Below are positions 1 to 8,847 of a stretch of DNA of 64,000 nucleotides, in pieces. This DNA comes from Candidatus Zipacnadia bacterium (lineage in GTDB: Bacteria; Armatimonadota; Zipacnadia; Zipacnadales; UBA5352), in contig JALGVA010000005.1 in NCBI GenBank assembly GCA_029820295.1, forward strand, positions 1,025 through 65,024. The letters are read 5' to 3'. The translations under genes were made by a program, and so were the position numbers. The notes beneath the pieces were generated by a model. It did no database searches. It was not told the DNA's origin and saw nothing but the letters and a program-made list of their open reading frames with translations. Positions within the stretch are counted from its first letter, which is position 1, and every line of letters begins with the position of its first letter.

Positions 1-2409
1 CAGGGCACGCTCTTCATCGATCTCGTGGTCTACAACGGCCTGCTCGACTACCGCCTCGCGTGCATCCCCGTGCAGGCCTTCGCCTGGCGGCCGGTGGATC
101 CGGAGCAGGCCCGACCGCCCGTCCGGCGCCCAGAGACGCTCACCGACGACCAGCGTGCGGCCGTCGAGGCCCTCGCCGCCAGCCTCTACCCGAATACCGA
201 GCCGCAGGGCGTGCTGACGCCCGAACGCATGGCGGAGCTGGGCGAGCAGTTCGCGGCCTTCGGGATCGAGCGCCGCGACGGCGCCATCACCGGCCTGCCC
301 CTGGCGCGGCATCCGGACATGTACGAGTCCGCGGGCGTGCCCGACCCGCCACAGACGCCGGCGGCGCTCGCGCAGTTCCTGCGCGAGATCGCGGCGCTCT
401 ACCACTGGACCGGCGACGGCGCGCAGAAGCAGCAGATCGCTGAGTGGTACCTGGCCGCGGCCGATCACCTGCACGACCAGGGCTTCGCCGCCGGATCGGG
501 CAACTCGTGGGGCGGCTACGCGGGCCGGCCGCTGGCGGACGCCATGTACTGGATGCGCGAGCCCATGCGCGCGGCTGGGCGAGGTGAGCGCGAGGCTTCG
601 TTCTTCGACTACAACTGGGGCGTGAGCCGCGTCCTCGACGCCGACGCCGAGATCCGCGTCACCCTCGACCTGTTCGGCATCGTCGAGCCGCGCCGCTTGA
701 GGGGCTGCCTGATGCGCCCCGACCCGCTCGAGGCCTGGCACTGGACCGCCTGCTTCGCCGACCTGCTCTCGCGCAACATCGTCAAGCGCGACGTGGACGG
801 CTTCAAGCCCGACGGCTCCGCCTACCATCACGGCGCCCACTACTTCGCCTACGCCAGCTACAACGTCTCCGTGCTGGTGAGCATCATCGCACAGCTCGAT
901 GACACGCCCTTCGAGATCGCCCCCGCGGCCATCGACCGGGTCAGGCTCTACCTGCGCCGCCTGAGCTTCTGCGCGAACCTGCTGGATGTGCCCTTCCCCT
1001 GGCATGGCCGGCACCCGTTCCGCGGGGGGGTGGTGCGCCCGCACATGTACCGGGACATGGCGCTCTCGGGCCCGGGCGCCGGCGAGGAGGACTTCGACCC
1101 GGAGCTGGCGGCGACATATCTGCGGCTGCTCGGCGCGCCGCCGGAGGAGGACCCCTTCCCCGGACATGAGGTGACCGTGGCCGCGCCGCCGCAGGGCAAC
1201 CTGGTCATGCCCTACGCGGGCACCATGGCCCACAGGCGCGATGACTGGCTCGTGACCGCGCACGCAACCGGGAAGTACTTCTGGGCGACCGAGATCTATG
1301 CCAACGTGAACGCCTTCGGAGGCTACATCGGCGCGGGCGACCTGTGCGTGCTGGCCGGCGGCGACCCGATCTCCCTCGCGGGCAGCGGCTACGTGGCCGA
1401 GGGCTGGGACTGGAGCCGTTTCGACGGCACCACCGTGGTCTACCTGCCCATCGACGAGGTGCGCAACCCCAGGAACGGCACCCAGCACCCGCGCACCAGT
1501 CACGCCTTCGCGGGCGGCCTCTCGCATCGCGGCACCCATGGCCTCATGCTGCACCGCACCGAGGGCCCGGAGTGGCTCGCGCCCGGCCTGCGCGCGACCA
1601 AGACCTGCTTCGCCTTCGACGACCGTATCATCTGCCTGGGCTCGGGCATCACGGCTGAGGTCCCCGACCGTCCGGTGCAGACCAACCTCTTCCAGCGCCA
1701 CCTGCCCGATTCCGCGACGCCCATCATCGCCAACGGCGAAGCGCTGGCCGGCCTGGACGTCGAGCGGAAGCTTCCGTCCGACCGCGCGAGCTGGCTGATC
1801 GACACCGTCGGCACCGGCTTCGTGGCGCCGGCGGGGCAGTCGCTGCACGTCGCGCGCCGGCGCCAGCTCTCGCGCGACAAGGATGACACGCGGGACACCG
1901 AGGGCGAGTTCGCCACCTGCTGGCTCGACCACGGCGTGCTGCCCGCGGCCGCGAACTACGAGTACGCGCTCATCCCGCGCGCCACGCCCGAGCGCATGGC
2001 CGCGCTGGCGGCGGCACTCGATGACGGCCCGCGCCCATGGGAGGTGCTGCGCCGCGATGAGGCCGCACATATCGTGCGCGACCGCGCGACCGGCATCAGC
2101 GCCTGTGTGCTCATCGAGGCCGGGCCCATCGAGCCGGAGCTGCCGGTGGCCGCGGTCGATCGCCCGTGCCTGCTGATGATCGAGCCCGACGGCGACGGCC
2201 TGTGGCTGACCGTCTGCGACCCGGACCTGAACCTGCAAGACAACCTGAGCGTCCCCCGGGAGCTGCTGGTGGAACTGCGCGGGGCGTGGCGGCTCGGCGA
2301 CGCGCCCGAGGAGATGCGCGTTGCCGGACAGGCGGACGGGACCACGGCGCTCGCGGTCACCTGCCACGACGGCGAGAGCTTCACCGCGCGGCTGCGGCCC
2401 ACAGGATAG
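1..2409 (+). CDS. Polysaccharide lyase, PL8-like or heparinase II/III-like (alpha/alpha toroid plus C-terminal beta-sandwich). Partial: the 5' end lies outside the window.
   Basis: The 794-aa ORF at 25..2409 is open in-frame back to nt 1. The motif GSAYHHGAHYFAYASYN (His/Tyr catalytic-like) and the C-terminal NYEYALIPRATPERMAALAAALDD resemble PL8 chondroitin-AC/hyaluronate/xanthan lyase C-terminal regions. The composition is non-repetitive and protein-like. Confidence 0.5.
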   Translation, partial: QGTLFIDLVVYNGLLDYRLACIPVQAFAWRPVDPEQARPPVRRPETLTDDQRAAVEALAASLYPNTEPQGVLTPERMAELGEQFAAFGIERRDGAITGLPLARHPDMYESAGVPDPPQTPAALAQFLREIAALYHWTGDGAQKQQIAEWYLAAADHLHDQGFAAGSGNSWGGYAGRPLADAMYWMREPMRAAGRGEREASFFDYNWGVSRVLDADAEIRVTLDLFGIVEPRRLRGCLMRPDPLEAWHWTACFADLLSRNIVKRDVDGFKPDGSAYHHGAHYFAYASYNVSVLVSIIAQLDDTPFEIAPAAIDRVRLYLRRLSFCANLLDVPFPWHGRHPFRGGVVRPHMYRDMALSGPGAGEEDFDPELAATYLRLLGAPPEEDPFPGHEVTVAAPPQGNLVMPYAGTMAHRRDDWLVTAHATGKYFWATEIYANVNAFGGYIGAGDLCVLAGGDPISLAGSGYVAEGWDWSRFDGTTVVYLPIDEVRNPRNGTQHPRTSHAFAGGLSHRGTHGLMLHRTEGPEWLAPGLRATKTCFAFDDRIICLGSGITAEVPDRPVQTNLFQRHLPDSATPIIANGEALAGLDVERKLPSDRASWLIDTVGTGFVAPAGQSLHVARRRQLSRDKDDTRDTEGEFATCWLDHGVLPAAANYEYALIPRATPERMAALAAALDDGPRPWEVLRRDEAAHIVRDRATGISACVLIEAGPIEPELPVAAVDRPCLLMIEPDGDGLWLTVCDPDLNLQDNLSVPRELLVELRGAWRLGDAPEEMRVAGQADGTTALAVTCHDGESFTARLRPTG

Positions 2410-2471
2410 GACGCCGGGAGCATCCCTGCGAGGCCACCGTCGCCGCCGGTGATGGTTCCGGCCATCCGGCG

Positions 2472-3458
2472 CTACGGCTCCTCGACGGGTAGGTCTACCC
2501 AGCCGCCCCTCTCAGCCGAGACGTAGGCCGCGCGCAGGATCTCGACGGACTTGCGGCCCTCGGCGGCCGGGCACGCGGGCTCGCGCTCGCCCCGGATGCA
2601 GCCGACCATGTCCTCGACGATGTTCGCCGGCCACGGTTCCAGCGGCTCCTCCGGCTCGCCCTCCACCTCGAAGGCGGTGAGCGCCTCGCTGTCGAGCTGC
2701 GCGGCTCCGGTGGTGCCGTGGAAGCCCACGCGCGTGATCTGCTCAGGGCCGGTCCAGGTGGTGGTCGTGACGATCGACCCGCGCGCGCCGCTCTCGAACT
2801 CCACCATCGCCAGCGCCAGGTCCTCGGTGGCGCAGTTCTCGTGCGCCATCACGGCGTAGTGGCCAAAGACGCGCCGCGCGGGCCCCATCACCCACTGCAT
2901 CAGATCGACCTGATGGATGCCTTGATTCGCCAGCGACCCGCCGCCGTCAAGCTCCCAGGTGCCGCGCCAGCCCGCGTAGTACTCCTCGGTGCGCAGCCAC
3001 TTCATCTCGATGGTCGCCAGCAGCGGCCTGCCGAAGCAGCCCGCCTGCATGGCCCGGTGGATGCGCCGGGGCTCGTCCTCATAGCGCCGCCCGAAGTCCA
3101 CCGCGTAGATCAGTCCGGTCTCCTCTGCGACCGCCATGGCCTCATCGATGATGTCGAGGCGCACGTCCATCGGCTTGGTGGTGGCCACGTGCTTGCCGCG
3201 CTTCATGCACTCGATCGCCATGGCCGCGTGCATGCCACTGGGGGTCATCACCAGCACGCAGTCGATGTCATCGCGCTCGGCCATCGCCAGGTAGTCGGTG
3301 TACGCCCCGCAGCCGTGCTTCTCGACCCCCGCCTGCAGGCGCTCCTCGTCGATATCGCACAGCGCGACCAGCTCCGCGTCCGGGCACTCCGCGACCATCT
3401 TCGCCCGGCTGCGCCCCACGCCCAGCCCGATCACGCCGAACCCGATGGTATCGCTCAT
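2472..3458 (-). CDS. Gfo/Idh/MocA family NAD(P)-dependent oxidoreductase
   Basis: Rossmann N-terminus MSDTIGFGVIGLGVGRS plus the C-terminal Gfo/Idh/MocA alpha/beta domain. Start chosen at the internal ATG (328 aa). The upstream part of the 644-aa track ORF is low-complexity and antisense to the neighbouring gene. Confidence 0.85.
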   Translation of the reverse strand: MSDTIGFGVIGLGVGRSRAKMVAECPDAELVALCDIDEERLQAGVEKHGCGAYTDYLAMAERDDIDCVLVMTPSGMHAAMAIECMKRGKHVATTKPMDVRLDIIDEAMAVAEETGLIYAVDFGRRYEDEPRRIHRAMQAGCFGRPLLATIEMKWLRTEEYYAGWRGTWELDGGGSLANQGIHQVDLMQWVMGPARRVFGHYAVMAHENCATEDLALAMVEFESGARGSIVTTTTWTGPEQITRVGFHGTTGAAQLDSEALTAFEVEGEPEEPLEPWPANIVEDMVGCIRGEREPACPAAEGRKSVEILRAAYVSAERGGWVDLPVEEP

Positions 3459-3596
3459 CAGCCATCGCTCCTCGCTGTCGTGATCCGCCCGCGAGTCCTT
3501 CGCTGTTGCACAGGGGCCCACCTCGGAGACGCGGAGGGTTTGCGCGCGCGGCAGCGAAGCGTGCGTGGACAGTTCCCTGGAGGAGGAGGCCTCGCC

Positions 3597-4427
3597 ATGG
3601 AAGCGCGGTTGAGCAGACGGGACTTCCTGCGCATCGCCGGAGCGGGCGCCGCCGGGCTGGCGTTTGCGGGGTCGGCGGGCGCGGACGCGTGGTCGCGCAC
3701 GCCCGAGTACGTCTTCGCAGTCATCGCCGATCCGCATCTGCGCGAGGACCGCGAGGGCGAGCCCACGGGCGTGGACAAGTTCCGCGCGCTGCTGGCGCGT
3801 CTCGATGGTCTGACGACGCACCCGCAGTTCGCGCTGATCCCGGGCGACATCCATCCGGAGAAGCTTGAGCCGCTGCTGCCCGAGATCGAGCTGCCGCTGC
3901 ACGTGGTGGCCGGCAACCACGAGAGCGTGGCACACCGGGCGCAACTGCGGGCCATGTTCCCCGACGACTTCGGCGAGCGCGACTTCTACAGCTTCGCCCG
4001 CGGCGACGACCTGTTCATCGCCCTGTGCACCGCGATCCCCGGCGACCACGTCGGGCACTTCCAGTCGCAGTTCATTACGCCTCAGCTCGAGCAGCTCGCG
4101 TGGCTGGAGGAGCTGTTGGCGCGGCGCGCGGATTTCCGCCACGTCTTCGTCTACGGGCATGTCCCACCCGGACCCGATGCTGTCGCAGGTACCATGTTCC
4201 TGGCTCGCAACGATGCGCTGTGGCTGCAGGCGCTGGTGGAGCAGACGCGGCCGACCGCCCTCTTCTTCGGCCACCGGCACACGCAGGCCGACTTCGAGTT
4301 CGGTGGGGTGCAGCTCTACGGGGTGCGCTCGTGCAACTGGAACTCGGGCGGACAGCCGATCGGGGCGCTGGTCGTGGCTGTGTTCGCGGGTGGCTTTGAG
4401 GCGCAATTCCTGCCCACTGAGGGGTAG
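3597..4427 (+). CDS. Tat-signal metallophosphoesterase (calcineurin-like phosphoesterase)
   Basis: Twin-arginine signal MEARLSRRDFLRIAGAGAAGLAFAGSAGA. Metallophosphoesterase motifs IADPH, GDIH, GNHE, GHxH (FFGHRHT). A GGAGGAGG RBS lies 6 nt upstream of the ATG. The internal start sits within the 569-aa track ORF. Confidence 0.8.
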   Translation: MEARLSRRDFLRIAGAGAAGLAFAGSAGADAWSRTPEYVFAVIADPHLREDREGEPTGVDKFRALLARLDGLTTHPQFALIPGDIHPEKLEPLLPEIELPLHVVAGNHESVAHRAQLRAMFPDDFGERDFYSFARGDDLFIALCTAIPGDHVGHFQSQFITPQLEQLAWLEELLARRADFRHVFVYGHVPPGPDAVAGTMFLARNDALWLQALVEQTRPTALFFGHRHTQADFEFGGVQLYGVRSCNWNSGGQPIGALVVAVFAGGFEAQFLPTEG

Positions 4428-4477
4428 CCGGACAGAGCATTACGCACAGACGACGCGGGGTCGTGAGCCGTGGGGGG

Positions 4478-4503
4478 GCCGCCTGGGGGGGCGGCCCGCA
4501 GGG
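4478..4503. terminator. GC-rich hairpin (GGGCCGCC-TGGGGG-GGCGGCCC) downstream of the phosphoesterase gene in a convergent intergenic region. Candidate intrinsic terminator without a U-tract.
   Basis: Perfect 8-bp inverted repeat read from the sequence, located about 50 nt after the stop at 4427. Confidence 0.4.
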
Positions 4504-4712
4504 GCGCAACGAAGTCGGGCCACGCATCTCGACGAAGCGTGGGGGCTGGCCGGCCGGCACGACGGACGCCATGGGCGGACTTCGGCCCCAGCAGACGACG
4601 CTGGGTCCTCAGGACGACCCCTTCGGACGGCACGCGCACCCGCAGGACATGCGTCACGCTGAAGTACATGCTGAGAGGCCCAATCCAGCGGACCGGGCCT
4701 CTCGGAAGACGT

Positions 4713-4789
4713 TGGTAGCGCGGGGAGGATTCGAACCTCCGACCTCAAGGTTATGAGCCTTGCGAGCTACCAGACTGCTCCACCGCGCG
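4713..4789 (-). tRNA. tRNA-Met (anticodon CAU) with initiator-like features (C1:U72 mismatch, A11:U24), CCA encoded
   Basis: Manual folding of the reverse complement gives a 7-bp acceptor stem (positions 2-7 paired, 1:72 C-U unpaired), D-stem GAGC/GCTC, anticodon stem CAAGG/CCTTG with loop CTCATAA, T-stem GGAGG/CCTCC with loop TTCGAAT, and a 3' ACCA. A 9-bp hairpin (4673..4703) follows the 3' end. Confidence 0.8.
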
Positions 4790-4825
4790 ACGTGTAGGGT
4801 ACATTACCAGATGCCTCGCAGCGTG

Positions 4826-5827
4826 TCAAGGCGCGTCTGCCCGCTCCGGGTCCAGTGGCCAGCGCTCCACGAGGTCGATCGCCGCCGGGTCGCTGTTGCC
4901 CAGCCGGAACTCCGCGGTCGCGGGCTCCAGCCACGTCACCGGCGGGTCCAGCGCCACGCACCCCGGATCGGCCTGGCGCAGCGCCTCCAGCAGCACCTCT
5001 CGTCCCACCACGTCCAGCGCCACCGGATCGGCGGAGACGAGCAGTCCCCCGTACTGCCACATCTCCGGGCGCTCCCCGACCGGGTAGCTGGTGATCGGCC
5101 ACATGGCGTCCAGCACGTGCAACACGATCATGCGGCGCAAGGTCGAGTTGGCCGCGACCTCGGCGAGCCGCTCGGGCTCGCGCTCGATGCGCTTGCGCTC
5201 GGTGTAGGGCACCGACTCGAGGCAGTTGGCCAGCGCCCCGTGCATGCCGAAGTGCGCATCGACGCGCAGTCGCGACAGGCTGATGATAGTTGTACACTGA
5301 TCGAGCACCACGCGGCTGATCCCGCCGCGGTAGCCGAAGTCATCGCTGGCCATGACGTTGGCGCCGGGCACCCGGCCGCTTAAGTCGAAGCCGGCGCGGA
5401 ACAGCGCGGACTCCTGGCCCGCGTAGATGGTGATGTTGCGCAGCGGCACGCCCGTGGCCACGATGCGACGCACCAGCACGTCCAGCGCGGGGTCATGGGC
5501 CTCGATGCCCTCAACGTCAATCTGGACGCCCACGCGATCGCCGGGGGACACCACGGCGCGCCACGCTTCCACGGGGTCGTCCACACCCACGGCCGCCGCC
5601 ACCGCCTGGTCGAGCAGTTCGGTCACGACGCCGTAGTGCACGCGGCCCTGCGGATAAAGGATCGCCGGCGCCCGGATGCCCTCCGGCACCAGGATCTCTT
5701 CGGCCCGCGCAATGCCCACCACCGAGCGCTCAGGCACCGCCACCTGGCACCACGCCCGCGCCGCCGGCAGCAGCATCAGCAGCGCCGCCATCATTCCCGC
5801 ACATGCCGTGCCTGTTACTCGCCGCAC
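4826..5827 (-). CDS. Secreted hypothetical protein, DUF362-like (family assignment tentative)
   Basis: A 333-aa ORF with N-terminal signal peptide MRRVTGTACAGMMAALLMLLPAARA and non-repetitive globular composition. The family call is from memory of DUF362-type proteins and is not certain. Confidence 0.55.
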   Translation of the reverse strand: MRRVTGTACAGMMAALLMLLPAARAWCQVAVPERSVVGIARAEEILVPEGIRAPAILYPQGRVHYGVVTELLDQAVAAAVGVDDPVEAWRAVVSPGDRVGVQIDVEGIEAHDPALDVLVRRIVATGVPLRNITIYAGQESALFRAGFDLSGRVPGANVMASDDFGYRGGISRVVLDQCTTIISLSRLRVDAHFGMHGALANCLESVPYTERKRIEREPERLAEVAANSTLRRMIVLHVLDAMWPITSYPVGERPEMWQYGGLLVSADPVALDVVGREVLLEALRQADPGCVALDPPVTWLEPATAEFRLGNSDPAAIDLVERWPLDPERADAP

Positions 5828-5919
5828 CGGAGTCGCCCTCTCCTACCCATGCTGCGTCGCCCAACCCGCAGGAGAACTGACAGGTGCGCGAGAGAGATGT
5901 TTCGGCGCCGGGGAGCCGC

Positions 5920-6468
5920 TCAGCCCACGCGCGCGGCCGCCAGCAGCAGCGCCGCGACCGTCTTGCCGTCGCGCAGCTCGCCCGAGCGGCAGCGCGCCAC
6001 CGCCTCCGCCAGCGGCAGGCGCACGACCTCGATGTGCTCGTCGGCGTCGGCCTCCGCGCCGGCGGGCGCCAGCTCGGTCGCCAGGTAGAGGCGGATCAGC
6101 TCACTGGAGTAGCCGGGGGCGACGTAGAAGTCGCTGAGGTGCTCGATGCGCCCGGCGCGGCGGCCGATCTCCTCGGCCAGCTCCCGGCGCATGGTCTCCT
6201 CAGGCTCCTCGCCCGGCTCCAGGGTACCGGCCGGGACCTCGAGGAGCGCCTCGCCCGCGGGATGGCGCCACTGGCGCACCAGCAGCACGTCCTCCCCCTC
6301 GAGCGCCACCGCCGCCACCGCGCCGGGGTGCTCGACGATCTCGCGCGTCGCGGTGCCGCCGCCGGGCAGCGCCACCCGATCTACGCGCAGACTCACCAGC
6401 CGCCCCGCGAACACGGTCTCGCTCTCGATGGTCGTCTCCTGCAGGCGCTCGCGCGCGTCCTTGGTCAC
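5920..6468 (-). CDS. NUDIX hydrolase (ADP-ribose pyrophosphatase-like)
   Basis: Nudix box GTLEPGEEPEETMRRELAEEIG (GX5EX7REUXEEXGU). Confidence 0.85.
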   Translation of the reverse strand: MTKDARERLQETTIESETVFAGRLVSLRVDRVALPGGGTATREIVEHPGAVAAVALEGEDVLLVRQWRHPAGEALLEVPAGTLEPGEEPEETMRRELAEEIGRRAGRIEHLSDFYVAPGYSSELIRLYLATELAPAGAEADADEHIEVVRLPLAEAVARCRSGELRDGKTVAALLLAAARVG

Positions 6469-6597
6469 TCAGCACACCCCTGTCGTGGGTCGTCGCGGAC
6501 GCCACCAGCTTCGTCGCGACGCGCCATCGACCTGCAGGTGCGTCGCGGGCACGCGCCGAAACCGACGCGGACGCACGTCACGGCCGTGTCCCGAGGG

Positions 6598-7368
6598 ATG
6601 GCTACCATGAGCGTGGAGAGCCCCGACGGCCTGCGCTGGTTTGACTGCAACGCGCGCATCGGGCCGTGGTCGAACCCGCAGCTCGAGCAGTTCACCGACA
6701 TCGACGGCCTGCTGGCGGCCTGGGACCGCGTCGGCATCGAGGCCGGCCTGGTGCATCACACGTGGGCGTGGGAGTGGGCGCCTCCGCAGGGCAACGCGAA
6801 GCTGCTGGAGGAGATCGCGGGCCACGAGCGCCTGCGTCCGTGCTTCGTGGCGCTGCCACCGGGCACGCGCGAGATCGAGCCGCCACGCGAGTTCGCAGCG
6901 ATGGTGCGGGGCATGGGCGGCGCAGTGCGCATCTTCCCGAACATGCACAACTGGCGGGTGAGCGAGTGGTGCGCCGGGGCGCTCTTCGACGCCCTCGCCG
7001 AGCAGGGTGTGCCCGTCCTGGTCGATGTCGGCGAGATCGACTGGGAGGGGATCGCGGGCGTGCTGGAACGCCATGCGGGCATGCCGCTGATCGTGCTGGG
7101 CTTCTACTACCGCTGCGACCGCTTCGCCTACCCGCTGCTCGAGCGCTACCCGGACCTCTACCTCGAATCGAACAGCTACGGCGTCTTCGAGGGCATCGAG
7201 ATGGTGTGCGCGCGCTTCGGCGCCGAGCGGCTGATCTTCAGCACGGCGCTGCCGGAGCTGGAGGCCGGCGGGCCGATGGCGCTGGTCACCTACGCCGACA
7301 TACCCGACGAGGACAAGCAGAAGATCGCCGGCGGCACCATGCGCCGTCTGCTCGGGGAGGTGAGCTGA
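6598..7368 (+). CDS. Amidohydrolase-2 family (metal-dependent TIM-barrel hydrolase/decarboxylase), paralog A
   Basis: Internal ATG (MATMSVESP...) within the 494-aa track ORF gives 256 aa. Amidohydrolase_2-like features (WFDCNARIGPW, HH pair). The stop overlaps the start of the next gene. Confidence 0.7.
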   Translation: MATMSVESPDGLRWFDCNARIGPWSNPQLEQFTDIDGLLAAWDRVGIEAGLVHHTWAWEWAPPQGNAKLLEEIAGHERLRPCFVALPPGTREIEPPREFAAMVRGMGGAVRIFPNMHNWRVSEWCAGALFDALAEQGVPVLVDVGEIDWEGIAGVLERHAGMPLIVLGFYYRCDRFAYPLLERYPDLYLESNSYGVFEGIEMVCARFGAERLIFSTALPELEAGGPMALVTYADIPDEDKQKIAGGTMRRLLGEVS

Positions 7369-8172
7369 ATGCCGATGAGCCTGCAGGACTACGCCGTCAC
7401 CGGCACGCCCGTCGATGACGCCCACATCGTCGATGCCCACGCGCACATGGGCCCGTACTTCAATTTCATGGTCGGCGACGACGGCTCCGCGGCGGCGATG
7501 GTGCGCATGATGGACCGGCTGGGTATCGACGTGTCGATCGTCAGCCCGCACATCGCCCTCACCTGCGACTGGCTGGAGGGCAACCGCCACGTCGCGCAGG
7601 CGGCGGCGGAGTTCCCGGGGCGCATCGTGCCCTTCGTGGTGGTCAACCCGCACGCGCCGCGCGCGGCCATCGACGCCGAGATCGCGCACTGGCATGACAC
7701 CACAGGCATCGTGGCCTTCAAGCTGCACGCCTCGCTGCACAAGACCGACACGATGCACGAGGGGTACACGGCGGTGTACGAGTATGCCGACGCCCACGCG
7801 CTGCCCATCCTGTCACACTCGTGGAGCGGGTCGGGCGGGCCCATGAAGGTCATCGAGACGCTCAGCGGGCGCTACCCGAAGATCGAGTTCGTCAACGCGC
7901 ACTCCGCCAGCGGCTGGGCGGTCATCGACGCCTCGTGCGAGCTGGCGGAAAAGTTCGAGCGCGTGCACCTCGACCTGACCGGCTCGCTGCTGGTCTACGG
8001 CGGGCTCGAGCGCATGGTCGAGCGCGTGGGCGCCGAACGCATCCTGTGGGGCACCGACAGCCCGTTCATCGACCCGCGCCCGGCCCTGGGCCGGATGCTG
8101 TGCGCTCAGGTCCCCGACGAGGACAAGCGCAAGATGCTGGGCCTGAACGCCAAGCGGCTGTATCGGCTGTGA
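7369..8172 (+). CDS. Amidohydrolase-2 family, paralog B
   Basis: DAHAHMGP metal-binding motif near the N-terminus. The start forms TGAATG with the upstream stop. 267 aa. Confidence 0.8.
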   Translation: MPMSLQDYAVTGTPVDDAHIVDAHAHMGPYFNFMVGDDGSAAAMVRMMDRLGIDVSIVSPHIALTCDWLEGNRHVAQAAAEFPGRIVPFVVVNPHAPRAAIDAEIAHWHDTTGIVAFKLHASLHKTDTMHEGYTAVYEYADAHALPILSHSWSGSGGPMKVIETLSGRYPKIEFVNAHSASGWAVIDASCELAEKFERVHLDLTGSLLVYGGLERMVERVGAERILWGTDSPFIDPRPALGRMLCAQVPDEDKRKMLGLNAKRLYRL

Positions 8173-8217
8173 GCGCGCAGCCCGAGGGAACATCGCCGCG
8201 CCCGTCGAAGCAGTTGG

Positions 8218-8847
8218 GTGGTGATGGCGATGTCCGGTCGGGAGTGCGATGACGCCCCGCGCTTGCTGGCCCTCGCGTGCAGCCCGCGGCGCGGCGGCAA
8301 CACCGAGACGCTGCTCGACGCGGCGCTCGAGGGCGCGGCGCAGACCGGCGCGTGCATCGAGCGCTTCCACCTGCGCGAGCTGCGCATCAGCCCGTGCCTG
8401 CACTGCGGCGGCTGCGTGCGCACGCCCGGGCAGTGCGTCATCGATGATGACATGCAGCAGCTCTACGAACCCCTGCGCGCCGCCGACCGCATCATCCTCG
8501 CCTCGCCGGTCTTCTTCATGTCGGTCACCGCGCAGGCCAAGGCGATGATCGACCGTTGCCAGCCGCTGTGGGTGCTGCGCGCCATCGAGCAGCAGCCGGT
8601 CGCGGCCAGCCGGCTGGCGCGCGCCGCGCTCTACCTGGGCGCCGGCGGAGCCGGTTCTCCGGACTCCTTCGACGGCGCGCGGCTGACGCTGAACGCGTGG
8701 TACTGGACGCTGGAGATCGCTGAGCGCCGCGAGCTGACCTTCGGTGGCATGGACGACGAGGGCGCCATCCGCGGGCATCCCACCGCACTCGACGAGGCCC
8801 GGCGCGCCGGCTGCGACCTGGCTGCGTGGCGCTCGCACGAGGAGTGA
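8218..8847 (+). CDS. NADPH-dependent FMN reductase-like / iron-sulfur flavoprotein
   Basis: LALACSPRRGGNTE flavodoxin-like nucleotide loop, CxxC pairs (CLHCGGC), and a ILASPVFFMSV motif. The stop overlaps the next start (ATGA). Confidence 0.75.
   Translation: MVMAMSGRECDDAPRLLALACSPRRGGNTETLLDAALEGAAQTGACIERFHLRELRISPCLHCGGCVRTPGQCVIDDDMQQLYEPLRAADRIILASPVFFMSVTAQAKAMIDRCQPLWVLRAIEQQPVAASRLARAALYLGAGGAGSPDSFDGARLTLNAWYWTLEIAERRELTFGGMDDEGAIRGHPTALDEARRAGCDLAAWRSHEE

Noticed and set aside
2718-3596. N-terminal 293 codons of the 569-aa plus ORF preceding the metallophosphoesterase
   Set aside because: It is antisense to the Gfo/Idh/MocA gene. The phosphoesterase has a Tat signal and a GGAGG RBS at its own ATG (3597).
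4713-4789. Alternative identity of the CAU-anticodon tRNA as tRNA-Ile2 (lysidine) or an elongator Met
   Set aside because: Not excluded, but A11:U24 and the unpaired 1:72 favour initiator identity. Left as tRNA-Met with initiator-like features pending tRNAscan-SE.
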